Shown in pieces: positions 51,204 to 63,791 of a stretch of 64,000 bases of DNA. This DNA comes from Eledone cirrhosa. Taxonomy: Eukaryota. The DNA lies in contig OZ024758.1 in NCBI GenBank assembly GCA_964016885.1, positions 17,546,001 through 17,610,000 on the forward strand, read 5' to 3'. The stretch's first letter is position 1. Each line of letters starts with the position of its first letter. The position numbers and the translations under genes are program-made. The notes beneath the pieces were generated by a model. It was not told the DNA's origin and searched no databases. It was given only the letters and a program-made list of their open reading frames with translations.

Positions 51204-51692
51204 TGATAAAGACATATGCACATGCGTGTGTGTGGTAGCCTTTTGTCCATTCATAGTTACAAAATATTTCAATGCAGGGAGTAACTTTAATAAATTAATG
51301 AAATGAAAGATATGTAATTTTTTTTTTTTTTGTGTGTTCTTCAGCATTCTTTTGCTGCTTACTTATTTATTTATTTATTTTCCTGTAACTCTTGAATTCA
51401 GAATTACCAAGCCATGTAGAAAGCATTGAGCAGAAACATCAGAGATGATGAAGAAAACAAAATTAAATAAGGGTGGATGAGGAACAGACTGAGAATGAAT
51501 GTGCAAGAACAAAGAACAAAAAAGAAAATATAAAAACAAAAGAATGTAAAGTAATATTGGTCTAAAATATTGTAAAACATCAACAACTATAATGGTGAAA
51601 ACAATAGCAACAATAACTACACTACGTTAACAACAACACCAGCAACTTCAGTTTGATATGGATATATATATACATATATATCATAATCATCA

Positions 51693-51902
51693 TGAAGACT
51701 GAGATGGTCTGGACATGTGATGCGCATGGAAGATGACCGCTGGGTAAAGAAGTGCCAAGAAATCCCAGTAGAAGGAAGATGCAGTCGAAGAAGACCACAA
51801 AAAACATGGGTGAAAGTGGTGAGAGCAGACCTCAGATTGCTGAAGCTCGCAGAAGAGATGACAAAGGACCGTGACGAATGGAGAGATGCTGTGCTGAATA
51901 GT
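51693..51902 (+). mobile_element. RTE LINE 3' fragment
   Basis: MRMEDDRWVKKCQEIPVEGR...EWRDAVLN, matching 43115-43320; another piece at 52787-52923. Confidence 0.9.
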
Positions 51903-52259
51903 AGGTCCGAGCATTTTATAATAACTTGAAATTGATTAATATATAAATAAACATGAATAATCACAGGAGATAATTTTTACAAGTGTGTAACCACACATAG
52001 CTAGGTAGGTAACTAAATAAAGTTGACCAGAACTTCAAAAATAGATACCTTATACAATGATATATATATATATATTCACAATCATGAGGTTATGCATTCA
52101 ATTCCCGGACCGAGCGATGTGCTATGTCCTTGAGCAAGATACTTTATTTCACGGTGCTCCTTCTACCTGGAGTTGAGACCGTTAGATAGTATTAGCAATT
52201 GGAAAGACCAATGGAAACATTGTATCCTTGGTACGATTTGACGAAAGTCGATCGACTGT

Positions 52260-52305
<46 letters not shown>

Positions 52306-52309
<4 letters not shown>

Positions 52310-52546
52310 GCTTTCACCGTATTTTTTACTAAAGGAATTTTAGCCTTATAATGGGGTTTAGAACCCTCAGATAAATGGAAAAAGATGAGTATTGACGTAC
52401 ATGGGAGTCAATACTCATTTTTTTCCATTTATCTGAGGGTTCTAAACCCCATTATCAGGCTAAAATTCCTTTAGTCAAAAATACGGTGAAAGCTATTCTA
52501 TTTTCTAATTTCAAACCTGCTCACTGTTTCAAAACATACTTACTTG
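52306..52546. mobile_element. (TA)n-embedded fold-back element, family P7
   Basis: ~91 bp arms 52306-52396 / 52407-52497; paralog at 37945-38132. Confidence 0.75.
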
Positions 52547-52572
52547 ATATATATATATATATAATATATATA

Positions 52573-52752
52573 TAGGAACCAGTAAGACCCCGACAGCTGA
52601 GCTCAAGCCGTTTCGACGGCTAATTCTGGACAGAATTTGCCGTCGAAACGGCTTGTGCTCAGCTGTCGGGGTCTTACTGGTTCCTATTACTGAGTATTGA
52701 GTACTTTGGTGCGTTATGGTCCACCTGGTTCCTTACCACATTTCCTTCGTTA
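52573..52752 (+). mobile_element. Fold-back element, family P2
   Basis: Paralog of 17054-17260; inverted arms span 52573-52686. Confidence 0.75.
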
Positions 52753-53753
52753 TAATATATATATATATATATTGATATATATTGACAATGGTGAGATCAG
52801 ACCTCAGATCGTTGAAACTCACAGAGGAGATGACGAAGGACCATGACAAGAGATGCTGAATAGGATGCGACCCACCCTTGCAAGGAGGGAAAAGTGGACG
52901 TAAATATGATGATGACGATGATGTATTATATAAATTTATCCCGGGTTCAATCGGGGGTAATCACATGCACGCACATACACACACACACACACACGTGTGT
53001 GCGTGCCTGCGTGTGTTTGTGTGTTCAGTAAATATAAAAGAGAAAACCTATCCATCTGTTAAATTTTAAGATATTGTCGCTCTTCATCATATTTCTCTCA
53101 CCTTTTTTCTCTCTCTTAGTCTTTTTTTTTTTTCTGTTTAACTTTTGTTGTTTCCCATCCATTTCTCTATGCAAGGAATGGAGGAAATACTGTTTGCTAC
53201 AGTCAATTTTTATTAATTCTTTACAGTTAGATTAGATATTCTTCCTTTCACAAACTACTCAACTCAACTGTGAAGTAAAAGTGAAAGAATCCAACTGATT
53301 TGTGTATCCAGGTGAACTGAGTCAAGAATTGCCATCTGCTCCTGTAATAAAGGGCAACACTATAGTACAAAGGCTCTATTAACCTTTTCAATACAAAATC
53401 ACATGAAACTCTCTCCCCAGTTCTATGATACAAAACAGCTTGTTTGAATGTATTTGTATTCATTTAAAAACCTTCCATCATATTTTTATGTAATAACTAT
53501 TCTTAAGAAAACCCCCAAACACTGTCTTAATAATTCTTACCAACATTGACACAAGGGCAACAGATTAACGAAAGGGTTAGGGTTATATTGACCCCAGCAC
53601 TTAATTGTTACTTTATTTTATTGATCCCAGAAGGATGAAAAACAAAGTTAACTTAAGTGTCATTTGAACACAGAAGAGTGAAAATCATAAATAAATACCA
53701 CATAGCATTTCATCCAACACACTACCAATACTACATACCATTGCCCTAAAAGA

Positions 53754-54125
53754 CCATCTTAATAATTGTTTATAATCATCAATTACCCAGTACATTGCTG
53801 GTATTTTACATAAGGATGAAAGGCAAAGTTAACCTCGGTGGGATGTGAACTCAGTCCGTAAATAGACGTAACTCTATGGCGTCTGACCCTCTACCGATAC
53901 TGCCAATCCACTGCCATCTTAATAATTGTTTCTACTTTTGGTGCAAGGCCAGCAAATACCCAGTGCATTACTGGTACTTTATTTTATCGACCCCCGTAAG
54001 GATGAAAGGCAAAGTTAACTTCGGTGGGATTTGAACTCAGAATGGCAAGGGCTGTAACTCTATACGTCAAAGCATGGTGTCCGACCCTCTATCGATACTG
54101 CTAATCCACTGCCATCTTAATAATT
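53754..54125 (-). mobile_element. Two tandem SINE-A copies with a triplicated TSD
   Basis: CCATCTTAATAATT at about 53754, 53914 and 54112. Confidence 0.85.
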
Positions 54126-54462
54126 AGACACTAAGGGAAATGTAGGGGCTCCATATCAACATGCTGTGTTTCTTGGGCATTTTTTAAAACCTGGCTTGAG
54201 CCCAACATCTCTGCAGCTCTGAACACAGCAGATTTCTTCCAGAGAAGTATAAAAAGTGAGACATAGGAAGTGGGAAAGAAATATAGATAAATAATCGACC
54301 CCAGTAGTTGACTGGTAGTTTTTTTATTGACCATGAAAAGATGAAAGGCGAAGTTGACCTCAGCAAGATTCAGAGAGCAGAAACAAATACTGCAAAACAC
54401 TCTATCTGACATTCGAACGACTCTGCCAATTTGTAGCTCTTTAAGAATAAAAATGCTTTGGT

Positions 54463-55255
54463 TGAAGGCGCATGGCTTAGTGGTTCGAGCACCAGGCTTA
54501 CAACTGTGAGGTTTGAAGTTCAATTCTCGGACTGGGCTTTGCATTGTGTTCTTGAGCAAGACACTTTGATCACGTTATTCCAGTACACTCACCTGTAGAA
54601 ATGAGTTGCGACATCACTGGTATCAAGTTGTGTTAGCCTTTGTCCTTCCCTTGGACAACATATATAATGTAGTGTATATGTGATGTGTAAAGTATATATA
54701 TAGTGTATATATAGACTATAATGTGTATATATATAGTATGTATATAATGTATATATATATGTTGTCACGTCACTGGTGTCAAGCTGTGTTAGCCTTTGTC
54801 CTTCCCTTGGACAACATATATAATGTAGTGTATATATGATGTATAAAGTATATATATAGTATATATATATAGTGTATATATAGACTATAATGTGTATATA
54901 TATAGTATGTATATAATGTATATATATATGTTGTCACGTCACTGGTGTCAAGCTGTGTTAGCCTTTGTCCTTCCCTTGGACAACATATATAATGTAGTGT
55001 ATATATAGACTATGTGTATATATATAGTATGTATATAATGCATATATATATATGTTGTCACGTCACTGGTGTCAAGCTGTGTTAGCCTTTGTCTTTCTCT
55101 TGGACAACATCGATGGTGTGGAGAGGAGAGGCTGGTAATGTATGGGCAACTACTGGTCTTCCATAAACATGCTTGCCCGGACTTGTGCCTCGGAGGGGAA
55201 CTTCCTAGGTGCATATCCCATGGTCATTCATGGCCGAAAGGTGTCTTTACCCTTA
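54463..55255 (+). mobile_element. tRNA/CORE-like SINE with an internal tandem amplification (54609-55109)
   Basis: TGGCTTAGTGG head, GTTCAATTC, CORE-like domain; a ~53 bp body segment present four times. Confidence 0.8.
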
Positions 55256-55574
55256 TCAAACATTTAAAAAAATGGGTAGTTTTGTATTATAAATCCAAGG
55301 CAATTTTGGATAGATTGGCAATGAAAGGTTTAAGCTTTGCTTGAAATGTTGATTGGGAGGTCAGTGATAGTGTGTAACATAGCAAATCAACATCAGCTGT
55401 TGAGAAAAAGAAATTCTAATTAATATTGATACTTTTATTTTTTAACCTGAACACAGGCTAATGATTTGGTATATTAATTAACTCGCAATGTTCTTCTGAT
55501 ATTGATACATGTCAAGTGAGCCTGTGTGTGGTTCTTTAACTTGCAAGAAATAGCAGCCAAATATCACCTTAAAT

Positions 55575-55905
55575 CAGGGGCGTGCAACAGGCTGCCCACA
55601 GGCTGCCAACAGGCCACAATCTGGCCCGCGAGACCAGTCAGAGTGGTCCACGATGACCGTTTTTAATTTTTACCTTGTAGGCTTATTTAGAATTTTTTTT
55701 TGTAACCTTAATACAATTATCTGTTAGTTGACCTATACTAAAGGGCTTCACTGATAGCGTTATGTGTGTTATAACTTCCCAGTTCCATGTGATGGAAATA
55801 AGTTGTGGTGAATCTTTGGAATAGTGCTTAATAAATATTAATAGCTCTAATAGTTGTTCCAATGTTCAAACGTGGCCTGCCAATGAAATATGTTGCACAC
55901 CCCTG
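55575..55905. mobile_element. hAT-superfamily MITE
   Basis: TIR CAGGGGCGTGCAACA / TGTTGCACACCCCTG with 8 bp TSD CCTTAAAT. Confidence 0.9.
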
Positions 55906-56892
55906 CCTTAAATAAATGAATGACACTTTAGTGAATGAAGTCTTAGATATGCTATACAAGGGTTGGCTAAAAGGTTCATAGGTTGACTATGAAGAAGTGA
56001 TACTAGGGCTGTGAAATCTTGCATCCAGTACTCATTGTAGATGAGGTTGGTGTTAGGAAGGGCATCCAGCTGTAGAAATCAAGCCAAAATCAGTTCTGTA
56101 TGAGCAAGACATGGTCACCTGACTTGGCATTGCCCACAAGACAATCCGTCTAACCCATGCTAGCGAGGAAGAATGGACGTAAAACGGTGTTAGTGATGAT
56201 GATGATGATTAATTTCAACACTTCTTATTAATAATGATTAATGCATTATTTTCTTTCCAAGGATTATGTTAATATACCAGTCTATAGGTTTGCAGTCAAG
56301 TTTAAGAGATCAGCAAAGAATTCTCTCCACCTAATGATATTGCACCTCTCTGAAGAGAGGAGAACCCAAGAAACATTCCTAATAGCAGATGTGGAGGAGG
56401 ACATCTCATTACGTAGTCGCCATATGGTCTATCAGAACACTTTATTTGCTGATTTGAAGTGGGATTCCAGCTCAACCCCAAAGTCCTCCCATGTCTTAAC
56501 TTTGGATGCTTTTGCATTTGATTAATCATACACACATCTTTGCTCTTTGCCCATCAGTGCTTCCTTGTTTATGCATATTAACATCACATATCCATTGTAG
56601 CATGCTCACTTCTTTCCTCTCCAGTCTGCATATCTGCTGCATTAACTGTTCACTCTCTTTCTATATTTATTTAAATTTTAGTAAAGGATTCATATTATTT
56701 TGTTAAAGTCAAAATTATTTTATTAGGTTTCTCGAAAAACCAATTTTATGCAGTTTAACAAAATTATATTATTTGGTAAAAACAAAGTTTGTGCTTGATG
56801 GAAAGATAACCCTATCATCAACCTTATTTACTGCTTCTCATAACTTTCTCTCATCCATGTTACTCTTCATTAATATTTATTATTCTCATTGA

Positions 56893-57398
56893 GGGTGGTA
56901 GATTGGCAGTATCGGTAGAGGGTTGGACGCCATGCTTTGACGCATAGAGTTACGGCCCTTGCCATTCTGAGTTCAAATCCCGCCGAGGTTAACTTTGCCT
57001 TTCATCCTTACGGGGTCGATAAAATAAAGTACCAGTAATGTACTGGGTAATTGCTGGCCTTGTGCCAATAGTAGAAACAATATTTATTTTTCTCACAATT
57101 ACCTACCACTATTACTATCCATTAAACATGTTCTGGTACTAACACCCATCTTTATTTTTTATGGTACTAACATATATTTTTTCTGGTACTAACCCCCATC
57201 TTTATTTTTTAGGGCGGTGGATTGGCAGTATCGGTAGAGGGTTGGACGCCATGCTTTCCAGCATAGTTACGTCCCTTTACGATCTGAGTTCAAATCTCGC
57301 CGAGGTTGACTTTGCCTTTCATCCTTACGGGGTCGATAAAATAAAGTACCAGTAATGCACTGGGTAATTGCTGGCCTTGTGCCTAAAGTAGAAACATT
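56893..57398 (+). mobile_element. Two SINE-A copies (56893-57082, 57212-57398)
   Basis: Family consensus. Confidence 0.9.
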
Positions 57399-57424
57399 TA
57401 TTTTTTATACCTTCCCCTCAAACT

Positions 57425-57880
57425 TCAACATCTTACCAACAGTTGAAACAGTAAGGAGAAGGAAACTTTATTATTTTGGTAATGGTACCAGAGCCCAAAA
57501 TTTGACTACTCACATCCTTGAGGGACGAATACAAGGAAAAAGGGCCAAATTAATCAAAATTTACCTGTATCTTTCTTTTGTAGAAAAGAGATTACTAAAA
57601 AAATTGAATATAGGGTTTTAAAGGATTCTTTATTCTGGCTAACCATGTGTTAAACTCTTTTGTGTTGGTCCCATGTCATGTCAGAGCCTGAAATCTGACT
57701 ACCCACATCCTTGAGAGACAAATACAAGATGAAAGGGCCAGGGGAGGGCAGAAAAGGAGATGGACAGATGATATTAGGGAATTGACAAGAAGGAGTTTGG
57801 TGGAATGACAAGAGACAGGAAAAGATGGAGAGTGTTGGTCCATGAGCCCCGACCCTCTGATATGAGGATTGGATGAGAGT
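57425..57880 (+). mobile_element. Composite RTE-fragment repeat
   Basis: TVRRRKLYYFG...HILEGRIQGKRA, AT-rich spacer, second RTE fragment ending WRVLVH. Confidence 0.75.
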
Positions 57881-58243
57881 GAGTAACCGACAACCAGCAC
57901 GTCACTTTTACTGTGTTTCTTCCATTCCTCCCTCTGCTACCATCTTACCAATCTTATCACCCTGTTTCCCCCTTATCGTATTCACCTTCTCTCTTCTTCT
58001 ACTCTTTTCTATCTTTTATTTCTGTCCTTGGTCACATTTACCTTGCATAAATGGAGACAAATATCGAGTATAGGGGACATGGAAGTCTCTTGTGTTGGTG
58101 CTATAATAAAATGCACCCAGTACACTCTGTAAAGTAGTTACTGTTAATACAACCACTGCTGTTAATATGCTACTTCTTAATTGTGCTCCTCTTATAAATG
58201 TAAATGTACTCATAATTATCTAGGAAAGAAACTAGAGAAAACT

Positions 58244-58565
58244 ATTTAGTGTTGCTGAGTTTAAATCTGTTAGGTTTATGGTTTACAATCTCTCTATCAT
58301 ATTCCAAAAAGAAAAAATATAAGAAACTAGAGAAAACTATAACCTACTTATATTTTTTCTTCTTGGAATATGATAGAGAGATTGTAAACCATAAACCTAA
58401 CAGATTTAAACTCAGCAACACTAAATATCTTTTTTTTAATACCAATACATTGTTATCACGAATATGTGTTAGTTTGGTGGTGGTTTTCCTCACAGTAAAC
58501 TTTACTATGTTAAACAGTACAAGATTAGTATATCCTATTAGTGCTAAGTGGATGAAAATTTGTCT
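58244..58565. repeat. Dispersed repeat with an 80 bp inverted duplication
   Basis: Arms 58244-58323 / 58347-58426; non-inverted paralog at 59587-59763. Confidence 0.8.
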
Positions 58566-58984
58566 GCGAAATGCATGAGATATTTGAAGATGAAGTCGTT
58601 TAATTAAAATATCAGAAACATTCCTTTATCAAGGTTAATTTTAATGAATAAAATACTCTGTAGTTATCAAACAAGCATTATATATAAGATTGATGCCACA
58701 AATTCATTATCACTAACGTTATCATTTAATGTTCAGTCTCTACTAACAACAGTTGGAAAACTTGTTGCTTTTAGTTCCTAATATCATGTTTTGACTCTTG
58801 TGATACTTTACCATATGCCTAATGAAAAATACTGCTTATGATTTTCAAATAATTTTTTAAATAATCAAGAATTTGGAAAAAAGTAATAATATAACTAGAT
58901 TTCTCAGGTGTAGAGCATAATATAAAAGTTCTTATATAAAATTATGATGGATGGCATTTAGATAATGAGTTTCTGATATGTAAA

Positions 58985-59450
58985 TAATTGTTTCTACTTT
59001 TGGCACAAAGCCAGCAATAATCCCAATGCATTACTGGTACTTTATTTTATCGACCCTGTAAGGATGAAAGACAAAGTTAACCTCGGCGGGATTTGAACTC
59101 AGATTATAAAGGCCCATAACTCCATGCTGCAAAGCATGGCATCCGACACTTTAACTATACTGCCAATCTACCGCCCTATGTAATAATGTAAATAATGTGT
59201 GATATGTAAATAATATGTGGAATTTTCTCCATTTCATAGACATAAAATAATAGTTTCTGATTTAGGCACAGGGCCAACAATTTTGGGGGATTAAATTGAC
59301 CCCAGTGCATTACTGGTATTTTATTTTATCGACACTGTAAGGATGATAGGCAAAGTTAACCTCAATAGGATTTAAAATCAGAATGTAAATGGCTATAAAA
59401 ATATGCTGCACAGCATCTTGTCCAATGCTTTACCGATCATACCAATTAGG
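58985..59450 (-). mobile_element. Two SINE-A copies
   Basis: 58985-59176 and 59250-59450. Confidence 0.85.
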
Positions 59451-60067
59451 TGACCTTTTAGATAAATATAAACACTTTAAGACAGTTTTATATCAAGGAG
59501 CGAATGATGGTTGAGCATTGGACACCATGCTTTGCAGCATATATTTATGGCTATTCACGTTCTGAGTTCAAATCCCACTAAGTTTATAAACCTAACAGAT
59601 TTAAACTCAGCAAGACTAAATATCTTCTTTTTTTGTTTAATACAAATAAGTTGTTATCATGAATATGCATTAGTTTGATGGTGGTTTTCCTCACGGTAAA
59701 CTTTACTATGTTAAACAGTACAAGATAAGTATATCTTATTAGTGCTAAGTGGATGAAAATTTGTTGATCCTTACTGGGTCGACAAAATAAAGTATGCTCC
59801 CCAGAGCTGATTTATCTCAGATCACATGCCATTCAGGCATTTATGATTTACTCTTCTCTTCCTCTGTCATCCACCATATTATGTCCTGTCAATGTCTTGG
59901 ACTATGTACCAGCCCTAGACCTTCATTCCTAGATTCTAATTCTCTAGAATTTCTTGCCTACATAAGATCCCTGAAGGCCTTGGTCACAACTCCTTCCTCT
60001 AATCCCAATCAAATATAAGAAAAAAATGTACGATTTGATTTTGTATTAAAACTTCCACTTTTATTAA

Positions 60068-60287
60068 CCTTTTAATGTTCAAACCGGCCAAAATCGGCCA
60101 GAATTCTCTACCTCTTTCTGTTGAAATTGGCTGTAACTGGCCTCTCAAACAGATGTTAAGGTATTGTTTTCAAAATAAATACTTTCAAAATCTCATAGAT
60201 TCAATATTATGTGAGATAATTATGTGAGGTAAAGCCTTTACCATGAAAATATAATAGTATATATAGAGTAATGTGAATGCTAAAGGG
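60068..60287 (-). mobile_element. piggyBac-type MITE
   Basis: TTAA flanks and family consensus. Confidence 0.9.
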
Positions 60288-60824
60288 TTAATGTAAGATC
60301 ACATGTCTGAATACGATTGACACAGCTAAATGATTGTTCTCTAAGTTTGCAGTTCATTACATACATTCACTTAAGGCATTTAGAGATAATATATTTAATT
60401 TCATTTGCATCTGTATTTTTCAGTCAGAATTTAGATACCATATTTAAGTTATCTCTATATAAAGGTCGTTATTTGATTCAAGAATTAAAGAATATTATGG
60501 TTGCATATCAATTTGAGTGAAATTGGGTTAAATCGAAACTAATATTGAAGTAGGTGGATTCATTTTGCCTGTAGAAAGCTCAGGTCATTTTAATGATCTG
60601 TAAAAATCACAAAAAAAGGAAAATAGGCAACATCATCACTAATAATAATAACAATAATAATAATAATGATAAATAGATTAATAAATAAAAAAGTAATTAA
60701 AGAAAAGAAAATGAAAAATCGCTAGAAGAATGAAGTTTGATTTTGAAAAGAAATCTTTTTTAAAATAATTTTTCTTTTCTCACCATTAATTTCTCCCAGC
60801 TTTCACTGTATAAATTGATTGTAA

Positions 60825-61085
60825 GACACACACACTCTCTCTCTCTCTCTCCTTCTCCTTCCTGTCTCTCTCTCTGTTTGTCTTCATATTTCTTCTCTGT
60901 CTCTCTATCTTTCTCTCTGTCTCTCCTTCTTTGTCTCTGTCTCCCTCTATATTTCTCTCTCTTCCCTCTATTTGTCAATATATTTCTTTCTCTGTCCCTC
61001 TCTCTTTCTATCTCTCCTTCTCCCCCCTCCCTCTCTTTCTCTATGTCTCTCTCTCTCTATCTATCCCTCTATCTCTCCGTCTCTG
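60825..61085. repeat. (CT)n low-complexity tract
   Basis: Directly visible. Confidence 0.93.
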
Positions 61086-61445
61086 CTTATGATGCAAATA
61101 TAATGCAGGTTTTTCACATAGAAGGATTTAAGTTCGGTATTGAAAGCTAATGAAACACCTGTTATTCATGAAATGTCTTCGATACTGACAGCATAGAATA
61201 TTATCTACACATTAGATGAAGTGGACAAGTTAAAGTGTTTACAAAGGATACTTGCACAATACCAATGAGATAACACACAAGCTATCAACCATTTTAACTC
61301 CATACTGTTGGTATAGTAGGTAGCATAGCAACTTAACTTTCTATTTCTCTTGTTAAAATAATTTAAAGTATTTTTAAACATTATCATTCCTGGAAAATAA
61401 ACAAAAATTTAGAATATATTTTCACTATTATTATTAATATTAAAA

Positions 61446-61963
61446 GGGCGGTGGATTGGCAGTATTGGTAGAGGGTCGGGCGCCATGCTTTGAAGCATAG
61501 TTACCTCCCTTTATGATCTGAGTTCAAATCCCGCCGAGGTTAACTTTGCCTTTCATCCTTACGGGGTCGATAAAATAAAGTACCAGTAATGCACTGGGAT
61601 AATTGCTGGCCTTGTGCCAAAAGTAGAAACAATTATTAATATTAAAATCCCACCGAGGATATCTTTACCTTTCATCCTTACGGGGGTCGATAAAATAAAG
61701 TACCAGTAATGCACTGGGTATTTGCTGGCCTTGTGCCAAAAATAGAAACAATTATTATTATTATTTTCAGGGCGGTGGATTGGCAATATCAGTAGAGAGC
61801 CAGACGCCATGCTTTGCAGCATAGAGTTACGTCCCTTTACTGTATGAGTTCAAATCCTGCCAACGCTAACTTTGCCTTTCATCCTTACGCGATCGATAAA
61901 ATAAAGTACCAGTAATGCACTGGGGTAATTGTTGGCCTTATGCCAAAGATAGAAACAATTATT
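61446..61963 (+). mobile_element. Three tandem SINE-A copies
   Basis: 61446-61636 (TSD TTATTAATATTAAAA), 61647-61758 and 61770-61963. Confidence 0.9.
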
Positions 61964-62089
61964 ATTGTTATGACTGTTATTTATATTTTTTACATGTTTT
62001 ATATGTAGCCCCCCCCCCCACTGTTCCTGTCTATTGTATTGCCCCCTATATTTTTACCCTTGTGGCCAATAAAGAAATTATTATTATTT

Positions 62090-62620
62090 GCCCCGCCCTC
62101 TTCCTTTAGCCGGGAAAGGCAGGCAGTTTTTATCTGTCTGGTGGCCATGGCGAAAGAGATAGTATGGTGGACACGTTTGAAAGGGCTGAAGACGAACACC
62201 TACCTCTTCGGTGATGCCCTGATTAACTTTTTCCAATTTCATTTGAAAAGGAAAATCAGGGTAGAGAGGGAAGTGCTCTCTTCCCAGCTTTTTGTTGAAA
62301 GATGGGTGAGAGAAGCAAGAATGACCCGAGTGAGTGGACCTAGTCTGTAAATTGAAGGGTGGAAAACTGGGAGAAGACACTTGCCCTGGTGGTCAGGGTC
62401 ACCGTGGCTTTTTTTAATGGGCTTTCTCCACGAATGTCCCTCGGAAGTCTCCCCCTATTGGGGAATTTTTCATTGTTCTTTTTATTACATCCTGTTTTTT
62501 TTTTGTTTTGTTTTTTACACGCAGAAATGCCCATTTGTACCGTCCTGTATTGTCCTGTACTGTCCTTAATGTCTACTTTGTGTAAACCCTTGTGGTTAAT
62601 AAATAAAGCATTATTATTAT
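62090..62620 (+). mobile_element. 5'-truncated L1/Tx1-like LINE
   Basis: Highly similar to 63254-63791; (ATT)n tail. Confidence 0.8.
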
Positions 62621-62624
62621 TAGT

Positions 62625-62900
62625 AGTAGTAGTAGTTGCATAATATTAACAGTAGCATCATTATCATCATAATTATTAATATTATCAGTAGTAGTAGTAG
62701 TGTTGGTAGTAGTAGTAGTTGCATAATATTAACAGTAGCATCATTATCATCATAATTATTAATATTATCAGTAGTAGTAGTAGTGTTGGTAGTAGTAGTA
62801 GTTGCATAATATTAACAGTATCATCATTATCATCATAATTATTAATATTATCAGTAGTAGTAGTAGTGTTGGTAGTAGTAGTAGTAGTGTTGTTAGTAGT
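62625..62900. repeat. 83 bp tandem repeat (3 copies) built on (GTA)n/(ATC)n
   Basis: TAATATTAACAGTA at 62641, 62724 and 62807. Confidence 0.9.
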
Positions 62901-62931
62901 AGTAGTGTATCATCACCATCATAATTAGTGT

Positions 62932-63791
62932 ACTTGGAGAAACTCTAGGCGTTGACGAAAATCAACTAGCCAATCTCTTCGGAAGAACTTTCGGGCCGGG
63001 GCCTATGGACAACTTCCAGAAATCCCTGGGCTGGCAGTGCTACCGAGGAGCTTTGCCAGTTCAGGATAAACTCTACAGGCATGGAGGTGCCATCAGTCGG
63101 GCATGTCCGAGATGCGTGCAAGAGCGACGAAACCGTCCTGCACGCACTCGTCCAGTGTCCGAGCATTGCTGACTTGTGGGTTTATGTCGAACACCTGCTG
63201 TCACGTGTAGGACGGATCCAGCTATCAGCTGAGTCCATCGTGAGGATTGCCTCGCCCTCTTCCTTTAGCCGGGAAGGGCAGGCAGTTTTTATCTGTCTGG
63301 TGGCCATGGCGAAAGAAATAGTATGGTGGACGCGTATGAAAGGGCTGAAGACGAGCACTTACCTCTTCGGTGATGCCTTGATTAACTTTTTCAAATTTCA
63401 TTTGAAAAGGAAAATCAGGGTAGAGAGGGAAGTGCTCTCTTCCCAGCTTTTTGTTGAAAGATGGGTGAGAGAGGCAAGAATGGCCCAAATGAATGGGCCT
63501 ACTCTGAGTATGTGTCTGTAAATTAAAGGTGGAAAACTGGGAGAGGGCACTTGCCCTGGTGGTCAGGTTCACTGTGGCCTTTTAATGGGCTTTCTCGACA
63601 AATGTCCCTCGGAAGTTTCCTCCCCTATTGGGGAATTTTTTCATTGTTCTATTATTACATCCTCTGTTTTGGGTTTTTTTTCACGCAGAAATGCCCATTT
63701 GTACCATCCTGGATTGTCCTGTACTGTCCTTAATGTCTACTTTGTGTAAACCCTTGTGGTTAATAAAGAAAGCATTATTATTATTATTATT
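62932..63791 (+). mobile_element. 5'-truncated L1/Tx1-like LINE (ORF2 C-terminal zinc-knuckle region)
   Basis: Frameshifted CPRC...DETVLHALVQCP..LW and AKEIVWWTR; stop at 63521, 3' UTR with AATAAA and (ATT)n tail. Clade assignment from motif recall. Confidence 0.8.
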
